Assembly: GCA_965153355.1 (NCBI GenBank)
Contig: OZ231126.1
Coordinates: 34,472,001 to 34,536,000 of the forward strand
Direction: 5' to 3'
Length of the DNA stretch: 64,000 nt
Origin: Flaccisagitta enflata
Taxonomy: Eukaryota
Numbering within the stretch: position 1 is the first letter of the stretch; each line of letters starts with the position of its first letter. The notes below the pieces were generated by a model. The model saw only the letters and a list, made by a program, of their open reading frames with translations. It had not been told where the DNA came from and made no database searches. Of this stretch, positions 12,335 through 22,400 are shown in pieces. Position numbers and translations under genes: made by a program.

Positions 12335-12554
12335 TATTGGCTAAACGGTATTGCTTGACGCCTTCTTTGTTTTTAAATTGCAAGCTTGGCTGATCAATCA
12401 GTTAAGCGAGTGTATCCAGCGCAAAGTCAAAGTCTAAGGCAAAGTAAAAGTTGAAAGAAAAGTTGACAGCAAAGATTCATCTCATTCTTCTACCATCGAT
12501 AAACGGTAAAGTTTCAATCAATTTCTCTTTCGTTTCTATTAACTTCTTGTTAAA

Positions 12555-13610
12555 CGTTGGAAATTCCGCGTTTTTTTATTATATACGACATATAATGTAT
12601 AAAAACCTTTTGATATTATAGAAAAACTTGTAAGATTACAAGTTGTTAGTATTGTTCGGGATTTCCACTGTAATAATATTGTTAGGTATCATTTTACATC
12701 CTCGAAAAGTTTGTCAAGTCCATTCGTCCCTTTTTTATACGTTTCTGTATCTGGAATTTTAAAATTTAAACAATTGACGCTTTTGTTTATCGAGAGATGA
12801 ACTCTGCAGTGTTATAGTGGGATAGTGTGTTAGATTATGGTCTTTTTAATGGACTGTTGGATCAAACTCCGGGGTGTACTCCGTCAGTTTATTTGTTGCA
12901 AGAAGACGGGAGAGTTTTGCTCACTTTTGAGTAAAATTTTAGGGGCTTCTTTGCGGTATCGAATTTCATAGCATAGTTCAGTCATGTCAGTTGAAACAAG
13001 GCATCTCCAGTACAAAGATCAGCGGCTCTGTTCACATTTGGCAGGCCTGACATTCTGTAATGGCAAAAGCGGCAAGATTTGCCACTTCGCCACGACAAAG
13101 TCAGGCCAGCGAGTTGATTTTGTCCAAAGTTATCGCCGATCATGTAGATTACGCGCGCTTGATATCGGCGTCCGTTGAACTCAAATCCGTGAGAAATCAA
13201 ATCCGTAAACATTTGGGCAACTTTTTTGGGTTACTTGTACCAATCCCAGTTCAGTTATGTCAGCTGAAAGGATCAAACAGAAACTAACCAGCAAGTGAAA
13301 AACAGTCACGATAACTTTTACTTTCTTGCCTTAATTTTTTTGTCATACACTCCCGGATTAATTGGTGTGTTATGGAAATTTTCCAGGCGTTGGGCATTAT
13401 CTGATGTAGAGAGCCAAACTTTAAGCATGGCTTCAAGATTGTAAAAGTAAACTGGTTTTGTTTGGCCAAGTAAATGATGGGAGTAAATAGCAAGGGAAAA
13501 ACAGTCACGATAACTTTTTGTGTCTTGCCTTAATTTTTTCGTGCGGCCGTAACTTGACTTCATGAGCTTAATTGTTTGCTTTTGTTGGACTGAATGTCCC
13601 CCCTGTCATA
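12555..13610 (-). pseudogene. Inverted, internally deleted copy of the adjacent transposase gene
   Basis: Minus-strand ORF 13318-13563 matches the transposase at 72 of 74 aa (MKSSYGRT...PGVYD). ORF 12982-13212 matches MFTDLISHG...GKSCRFCHY. More diverged pieces match about 15520, 15780-15880, 15960 and 16200. Confidence 0.9.
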
Positions 13611-13822
13611 AAAAGTTTAACTTGTATAAGGAAATATATAACTCTTATAATGAGCTGGGAGCTATGGTTTCACTAAGATTATCGGGTTTAATTAAGAGAT
13701 GGCTGCTCTTGTCACTTGGTAGTAATATTTTAGTGAATCTATATTATCTATTTTAATTCGTTTTTTGTTGGGTATTTAGTTAGAACTAGTTTGCATCATT
13801 GTTGTTTGTTTTTTTTTTTAAG

Positions 13823-14245
13823 ATGTCGATGAAAGCGGGGTTATTCACCGCACTTAATCTTGCTTTAAAACGCAAAGTCGATAGACCGCATTGCCCTTTG
13901 TGCACTGCGCGCCCAAGGATAACTAGTAAATTGGGTATCGAGCGCCACATAGCAAAGCATGAAACTTACACAATAAACTGCGTCGAGTGTGAAGAGACAC
14001 TTTTGGTAGGCAATAGAGGGAAATACGCATCCCTTCAACTACACTATAAATACAGCTCAAGGAAACACAATTATTGCCCGTATGAAATTTTGAAGAAGAA
14101 AAACTGCGGCTGCGAACTGACAGACGCCCATATTGATTATCACCATGACAGGGGGGACATTCTTTGGCATGGTGACGATTTATCAGAAGATGAGGAGGAG
14201 GATGAGGATGAGGAGGAGGAGGAGGAGGAGGAGGAGGAGAGATAA
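13823..14245 (+). CDS. N-terminal C2H2 zinc-finger and acidic segment of the transposase, separated from the catalytic ORF by a short out-of-frame stretch
   Basis: CPLC..HIAKH and CVEC..HYKYSSRKH fingers followed by poly-E/D. Same reading frame as ORF 14363-16420. The ATG directly follows a polyT-AAG acceptor-like site. Confidence 0.7.
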   Translation: MSMKAGLFTALNLALKRKVDRPHCPLCTARPRITSKLGIERHIAKHETYTINCVECEETLLVGNRGKYASLQLHYKYSSRKHNYCPYEILKKKNCGCELTDAHIDYHHDRGDILWHGDDLSEDEEEDEDEEEEEEEEEER

Positions 14246-14362
14246 CAGCGACTTTACTGATGACGACGCTGTGGGGGGGGTGGTTGTGGGGGGGGGGGTG
14301 GTGGTGGGGGGGGTGGTGGTGGGGGTGGTGGTGGTGGTGGGCCGGGCAGTGATTTTGCAACC

Positions 14363-16420
14363 ATGGAAGAAGTGTTGAAAATTGTGGAAGATTGCATTTC
14401 AAAATTGCAAAATTATTACCATGTGACAGAGGTCTCCATCTCCTATGTGATTACGGTGATCCATGGGTTAGTAACATTTCTAGGTGTTCCAGCTTCAGTC
14501 CAACAAAAGCAAACAATTAAGCTCATGAAGTCAAGTTACGGCCGCACAAAAAAATTAAGGGAAGACACTAAAAGTTATCGTGACTGTTTTTCCCTTGCTA
14601 TTCACTCCCATCATTTACTTGGCCAAACAAAACCAGTTTACTTTTACAATCTTGAAGCCATGCTTAAAGTTTGGCTCTCTACATCAGATAATGCCCAACG
14701 CCTGGAAAATTTCCATAACACACCAATTAATCCGGGAGTGTATGACAGCCCCAAAAATGCTGAAATTTATCAACAGCTATCTATCACATCGCCGGACCCC
14801 GTGATTCTTTTGGCAATTTTCTGCGACGAGGTCACCCCTTTCGGCAGTTTATATGCGAAAAGTTCTGCATACAAACTTTTCAATTTTTACGTCATAGTCA
14901 TACTTCCTGGACCTAAGCAAAGGAAGTTAGAACAAGTCTTTCCTATCTGTTTGATCCTTTCAGCTGACATAACTGAACTGGGATTGGAGCAAGTAACAGA
15001 AAAAATTGCCCAAATGTTTACGGATTTGATTTCTCACGGATTTGAGTTCAACGGACGCCGATATCAAGCGCGCGTTATATACGTGGTCGGCGATAACCTC
15101 GGACAAAATCAACTCGCAGGCCTAACTTTGTCGTGGCGAAGTGGCAAATCTTGCCGCTTTTGCCATTACAGAATGTCAGGCCTGCAAAATGTGAACAGAG
15201 CCGCTGATCTTTGTACTGGAGAGCAGCGTACAAGTTTGGAGTATGAAGAAACGATTGAGAAGGCTCTGAACAACGAACAACTAAGTTACGGGTTCACCAA
15301 TATGCCGTCCTTCCATACTATCCCTTATCTCCCAAAGAATACCTCCAGTTTCACACTCGATGTGGATCATGATTTCTACATCGGGTGTGCTTTACACTGG
15401 ATGGGATTCATAATAAACAAAATCGTCTTTGAGCTAAATTGGCTCTCTCCTTCCACAATGATAGCGGCCTGGAAACGTATAAAATTTGTAAAGGAAGACA
15501 GTCGCAACAGGCCATATATGAAATTCGATACCGCAAAGAAAACCGTGAAGTTGTGCTCAAAAGTGAGCCAAATAAAGTGTCTCATACACTGTTTTTCAAT
15601 AGTACTTTACCCGTTCATAAGAGACACCAAACATCTTGTTTGGAAATTTTATTTGATTTTACTGCACCTATCCCGTCTGCTTAGAACAAATCGGCACACA
15701 AACAATAGCCTGGTAAAATTGGAAGAGTACATAAATTCAGCATTAAATATACGCATTGCTCTCACTAAAAAGCCGGATGGTCAGTTTGATCCAACAGTCC
15801 GTTCGAAGGACCATAATCTTACTCACTATCCCACCACAATACGAAGAAATGGCCCTCTAAGTCTGCAGAGTTCATCTCTTGGTGAGCAATTTCACCAAAT
15901 ATGTAAACAATGCTATGGAAATTCCAGATGCAGTAAACATTTATTGACAACGCTACAGCGACGAATGGACTCGAAAATCCTTTCGCGGACAAAAGAGGAT
16001 TCGCTAGAATGCAAAAGTGTCGCCTTGAAAAAATTAACTAATTTAGACCAAATGTCCACATGTTTTTATGAGCTGTGTAATGATCCGTCGTCTTGGGTAA
16101 AAAGTTTCACCAGAAACGGTTATCATTTTGGTCTTGGCACGTTAGTTGGTATTCCTCGCCGTGATAACGAGTTTGAGCCCCGTTTTTTCCTCATTGCGGG
16201 AATAATAAAACAAGGCCCTAATTTCCAATTAGCCCAAAGAAACGTCGAGATCATCGGAATGGACCACTTAGGTCTATTCCAATTGAAGCCTAGCGCAAAC
16301 CGACCAAGAAGAAGAAATTGGTCGGAATCGCTCGTTCCAATTCCGTATTACCAGCTACATAACGGCCAAAATAATATCTCAGTCTTCTCTCTTAAGGATT
16401 TTAATTTACATCGAAAATAA
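14363..16420 (+). CDS. EnSpm/CACTA-like (CMC) DDE transposase, intronless, 685-aa ORF
   Basis: Motif series typical of animal EnSpm transposases: FCDEVTPFGS (D at 14825), GDNLGQNQLAG (D at 15092), CRFC, DVDHD (DxxH), KDHNLTHYP..IRRNGPL and GEQFHQ (E at 15884). Confidence 0.88.
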   Translation: MEEVLKIVEDCISKLQNYYHVTEVSISYVITVIHGLVTFLGVPASVQQKQTIKLMKSSYGRTKKLREDTKSYRDCFSLAIHSHHLLGQTKPVYFYNLEAMLKVWLSTSDNAQRLENFHNTPINPGVYDSPKNAEIYQQLSITSPDPVILLAIFCDEVTPFGSLYAKSSAYKLFNFYVIVILPGPKQRKLEQVFPICLILSADITELGLEQVTEKIAQMFTDLISHGFEFNGRRYQARVIYVVGDNLGQNQLAGLTLSWRSGKSCRFCHYRMSGLQNVNRAADLCTGEQRTSLEYEETIEKALNNEQLSYGFTNMPSFHTIPYLPKNTSSFTLDVDHDFYIGCALHWMGFIINKIVFELNWLSPSTMIAAWKRIKFVKEDSRNRPYMKFDTAKKTVKLCSKVSQIKCLIHCFSIVLYPFIRDTKHLVWKFYLILLHLSRLLRTNRHTNNSLVKLEEYINSALNIRIALTKKPDGQFDPTVRSKDHNLTHYPTTIRRNGPLSLQSSSLGEQFHQICKQCYGNSRCSKHLLTTLQRRMDSKILSRTKEDSLECKSVALKKLTNLDQMSTCFYELCNDPSSWVKSFTRNGYHFGLGTLVGIPRRDNEFEPRFFLIAGIIKQGPNFQLAQRNVEIIGMDHLGLFQLKPSANRPRRRNWSESLVPIPYYQLHNGQNNISVFSLKDFNLHRK

Positions 16421-19400
16421 TGGTCAAAGTCGTAAGAGTCAATGGTTTGCCCGTGGCGGAGAAGGAGGATGAGGATGAGGATGAGGATGAGGAGGAGGAG
16501 GAGGACGACGACGTCGACAAAGACAATTACCAGCCGACCGCCGACACGGACTCTGACTCGGACGCGGCGGAGGACGACTACGACGATAGCGTGGATGGGG
16601 AGCAGCCGGCGTCAAACGGATGCCAACGGCCGTCAAACGGACGCCGAAGTGACCTTCTCGCCGGAATTAAATCTCAGTTCGCTCTAGGAATGAGCAGAGA
16701 GGAGATGCTGATGCATAAAAAGCGAGGCGTTCTTCATGCGGAAAATTCCTTTCTTTACACGCGAGGTTATTCTTCATTGTCATATTTATTCATGTTATTT
16801 GTTTTCAAGTTATTCATGTTATTTCTTCATGTTAATATATAACTATTATAATCATTAGTATAACTATTATAATCAGATATATTATGGTGCAAAATATGTG
16901 TCTTATGATTATTGTAACTGTATATATAGTTTTTCTAACAATTCAATATTCATTTGATCACGACAGAAAGCCGTCTCCTCCCCGATGCGTCCCGGCTCGG
17001 TCGCACTGATTCAGACGACCAGCACCGCCTGTGGCTGGAGCAGTTCCCTAGTCAGTGTGACCCCGATGAGACTCAGAAAATGGTACGTCAAACGGCCGTC
17101 GTCTGTTGCCCAAACTTCAAAGAGATTGGAACTTACGATTACCAGACTGGGCGTTACTACTTTTTCGGATTCGGGACAGTGGAACGGTTGACGCCCGACG
17201 CTGAAAAGGTGTTTTTCCGTCTTCCTGCGGCGTGCGACAGTCAATTAGGTTAGTGATATACCCTTTTCTTGGATTTACAATCGTCATAATAAGCGATGTT
17301 TTAAGCGACTCTAAATAATTAAATATGAGCATGTTCTAACCAAACATAACCGTGTATCCATCAACAGGCGACTTCACGAATAAACAGCAGTTGGAGATTT
17401 GGATTCTCGCCGGCGGTCATAAACCCTACCTCAACTCAGATCCCGCCCTAAAAAAACTCATTGACCTCATCGAAGAAAAGGTGAGTGTCGAAAAGTGGGA
17501 AAATGCGCATTTCCGCCCCTGCCCACCCGTCCGCAACTGATGGCCGTGTATCCGGCCTTGTTTATATAATCGATGGTTCTAATACAATTAGGATGGTTAT
17601 ACTACAATTACAATTCACGTTTTATAATTGAGACATATGTTTTCGTTCGGTTTCAGGGAGGTCCTGAAAACCTCAGCCTCGACGACGGGCAATTCGCACG
17701 CGCAGTTATGGATCGTATTTGGCGGCGAATCCTGGGTGACAAATCCGCCGTCAACCATCACCCGATCTTCACCCGGAAGGCGATGGCAACAATTTTCCAA
17801 GACATCGATGAACTCTGCTACCGAACCAATGGATTCAAAGTGACTCAAGTCCCAACGAATGGCAAAAAGCTCACCATTTCCGCGCTCCAACGCGACCGGT
17901 ACATGTTGTTGAAATGACGTTGTTAATTGCTGTTTGGGGTGCTGCTCATGAAAACCTTTGTGTCAGAAATAATTAAAGTTACAATAATTTTTGCAATTGT
18001 AAAATCATAGGTTCGACGCCGAAGGTCGCGACATGAAGAAGTTGCGGAAAGACTTGCTCGCTAAAGCACAAACATTGAAGGAGAAAATCAAGGAAAGGAA
18101 GAATCGCAAAGTCCCCGAAGCAAGAATCCAACCCGACAAGCAGCGACTTTTGGAGTTATTGGAAAAAGCAGAGGAGTTGAAACATCAGCGCTGCATCAAT
18201 TATCTGCAGCGAGATACGCAACTCAACATATGCGCCTTAAGCAGGAAGATTAAGCAGGCAAAAGTCACTCACCCCGAGTAAGTTAGAGATTGAAAGGTTG
18301 TGGGTGCGACTTAGTTATCGAATAATAACATGGGAAATACACAAGTGTTATAATTGCTTACAACTTAATTAGTAGCTATAATCAGTCTAATAATATAATA
18401 TATTATTATATATATATAAATGTAATATAATATATATATATATACATATATATACATATATATATATATGATATATATAATGTAATCAGCCTAATAATCA
18501 ATAACTATAATCAGTCTAACTAAAGCGGTATTCTCCCACTTTACAGGATCTCCTGTCAGGCACTGCGAAACAGATTCAAAGACAGTGCATACCTCGCCAG
18601 CAAGGTCGACGCCTTTCAAGTGGTCTCCATTCCCGAGCAGCCCATCCCAGAACTTCTAGGTGAAGATAACGTCGGTGATGAGACCACCAACGACCATGTC
18701 CGTGCCGAAGCCGACGACGAGGACGATGATGGTCCTAGGTGAGTGTAACTATGTCCGAAGCCGACTGTTAATGTTGTGATGGATACCAGACAAGCTTTTT
18801 AAAATCACACTCATTGTCTTTTGTATCTACAGCCAAGTCGCGCCATCACAACAACGTAGCAACAACAAGGTGGTGTATGGCCGCAAAACATCATCAGCGC
18901 CATCAGCGGGATCCAGATCCGCGTCGCAAAAGTCTCTTGCGCCGTCGCCTTCGCCGTCGCCTACGCCGTCGCCTTCGCCGTCGCCTTCCGTCGTCCTCCG
19001 TCGCCTTCCGTTGTCGGCGCACCAGATGTGGCATGATGTGGCATCGCCTGGTGGCTGCTCAAACTCACCTCAACGCCCATCAATCACGACAGGCAAAAGG
19101 TATGTTTTAGAAAAAATCTAGTTTTCAACTGTTACACATCGAATTGTGCATCGTTGATATACAAAGATACAGTAATATGGATGGCCATTCATTATCTTAG
19201 GATGTCTGTTTCCCGATTATATCCCCTGGTAAAGATTCATTAGCTTTTGGGATTATATAATCGAGATATAATCGGGAAACGGACATCATAAGATAATAAA
19301 TGGCCATCCATATTAGTCGAAACTTTTTTTTTTAACGATGCATTATTCGAAGAGTAACACAACTTGTAAAACTGTACCAAATATAAACCGGTTTCTCTTT

Positions 19401-22400
19401 CCTTCTTAGCAATAAAAAGTGGCTTTAAAAAGTTCAACCAGTTTAATCATTTTAAAATTTATAAAGGTCAAATATAAAGGTCAAATATAAAGGTCAAATA
19501 TAAAGGTCAAATATAAAGGTCAAATATAAAGGTCAAATATAAAGGTCAAATATAAAGGTCAAATATAAAGGTCAAATATAAAGGTCAAATATAAAGGTCA
19601 AATATAAAGGTCAAATATAAAGGTCAAATATAAAGGTCAAATATAAAGGTCAAATATAAAGGTCAAATATAAAGGTCAAATATAAAGGTCAAATATAAAG
19701 GTCAAATATAAAGGTCAAATATAAAGGTCAAATATAAACCGGTTTCTCTTTCCTTCTTAGCAATAAAAAGTGGCTTTAAAAAGTTCATAATGATTGTATT
19801 AGACGGATCATAAACAAACGTTGAAATATCAAATTCCCAATATTTCGACCGAAAAACATCAGCCTTCTTCAGGGGAGAAGAAAAATGCAAATGAGAATGG
19901 GAGAGGAAGAGAGAGAAAATGTAAGGTGGCTAATGCCAGATAGAGATAATGGGGAAAAGAGACAATGGGAAGAAAGAGAGAGAGACTAAGCAGAAAATCT
20001 GTGGCCACCCTAATGAGCGCAAGAACGACAACACAATTATGTTGGTTGAGAGGCCGATGATTGTTGGCGGCGATCGCGAATGTTCAACCAGTTTAATCAT
20101 TTTAAAATTTGTAAAGGTCAAGGCAATTACCGAAAGCTTTTTTAAAACGTAGTACAAGAATTTGCATATCGCAGTGAAAAAAAAAGGAAAATGTAGCGGT
20201 AACTAATCAAAGCCCTGTCTTTATGAATCAACATATTGTATTCCAGAAAATGTAGAGTGAACGGAAGAAAATGATAACATAGCAAAATTTAGTAGTTTGT
20301 AATGATTGATAAACCATTTTCCGTTGAACAGTAGTTAAGGACGACGAAGTATGTACTTTTGAAGTGGTCATTGGTAAATGGATTATTTCTTAATCCGAGA
20401 GAAAATATGTCATCGTGGACACTATTTGAGGCTGTTCCTAGGGAGTCATGTCTTCCTATTTTGGGAACAACGATGGATCAACGATGGATTTTGAGATATA
20501 ACTAATATAACTGATTTATAACTGTCGTTATCAGGAAGGGCATTACGCAAAATGCGATGAATGACGTGCAAGAGGAGGAAGAGGAGGAAGCGGAAGAGGT
20601 GCGACAGCACCAGCGCCAAACAGTGGCAAAGACTGGTCTGAAGAGAACAGTGCCTTGCAGGTATGTTATTGGTTTGGTCAAAGGCTGTGATAGTTGAGCC
20701 GGTAACCAATATAATGTGTTCAATTGTCATGGACTCTTTTTTGACAGGGATGCCGATGAAGAGGAGGAAGAGGACGAACACCCGGACGAAATGGAACAAC
20801 AACGAAACCGCCAACGGGAAGAAAAGAGTCGTGGCAAGCGTCCAGCGTCTGGCAGGTATGTTATTGGTTATTGGTTTGGTCAATGGTAGTATCGTGATAG
20901 TTATGCCGGTAGCCAATATAATCAGATAAAATAAATGTCATGGACTTTTGCGTTACAGGGATGTAAAGGCGAAGGAGACGAAGCAACGGCCAAACAAGGA
21001 ACAAAACGATGGGAACCATGGAAGGACTCCGAGGAAATCGGCACGCAGACTCCCAGGATATCGTGGAACAACGAGGAATTGCGGAGAAGTTACAAGGTAC
21101 GCATTTTTGGTTCCAGGCGAGTCGTTGGAATGATAGAATGGAATTGATTCAATATATGATAGTATAATGATATGATATAATATATATACTATATAATATA
21201 TAATAGTATAATAAAATTTATTTACATACTGTATGAAGCTGTCAGATTTGATGACGAATGAAAGATCATTCATAATATAATATAATATAATATAAAATAG
21301 TATAATCTTACTAACATGTGTTTCAACAGTTCAAACCAAAGTCCCCCCCGTGGTATTAAATCGACACCTCTTATCGGCGCGCGTCAGCCGGAGGATCAAG
21401 ACCCTAACAGTCCCGTCCCTAACCGTCAACAACGGTACTAGAAATGTACAGTGTACAGTGGATTTTACTTGATTTTGTTTTTTGAATGAAAAAAAATTTA
21501 TAAAAAATGGTAATTCGATTTAACAATATTCGTATTTAACAACCAAAATTCTCCAGGGATCGTGGACGACGTCAAAATTACCGGCAATTTGCGAATACTC
21601 TCACGGATAACACCGTTGAATCCGAGGAGACATGCGAGTTTTTAACCCGAATGCGCGATAAGACTCGCCAAAGACGCGCGAGGATGGAAAATTCCAACGA
21701 CTCGTCTGGAGCCAAAAATGCCTTGCCATCACAAGATGAGTGAGTGTGATCAATTGTAAGTGAGAAACCAAGTGTGAGGGAAATTATCGAAACCGATTAT
21801 ATAGTTACCATTTTGTACTGTTTTAGGCCACCTGTGACTGCCGTTACTGAAGAGGAGCCCGAGTTGTTCGATGCGCCAACGTCTCCAGACATAACGTCAC
21901 AAAGACCAAAGTGAGTGAAGACCATGATGTACCATGATGTCATAGTGTATAGTTTTGTATAACTTTGTATAACGCTTTATAAATGTATCATTTGGCCTTA
22001 TCTCATTAGGAAAACGGCCCGTGAATCTTCGGAAACTGTCACGGAAAACGCCGTTGAATCCCAGGAGACGTGCGCCTTCATTGATCGAGCCATCAAAAAC
22101 ACGCGCAGAAAACACAAAAGACTCGAGGCGAGGATGACCAATTTCAACAAAAATGCCTTGCCATCACGAGCTGAGTGAGTGTGTAGCTGTTAAATTGTAA
22201 GTGAGAAACCAAGTGTGAGGGAGATTATCGAAACCGATTGTATAGCAACCATTTTGTACTTTTTAGGCCTTCGGTGACTCGAAGTTGTCACGAGTTGTCC
22301 GTTGCACCAAAGTCGCCCGTCCTAATCTCGCAACGACCAGAGTGAGTGAAGACTGATGCCCACACCATAATGTACCATGATGTCATAGTGTATAGTTATG

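Noticed and set aside
19843-19875. Penelope-like terminal motif (TTTCGACCG...GCCTTCTTCAGG)
   Set aside because: Only about 30 bp of resemblance, with no reverse transcriptase or GIY-YIG remnant nearby.
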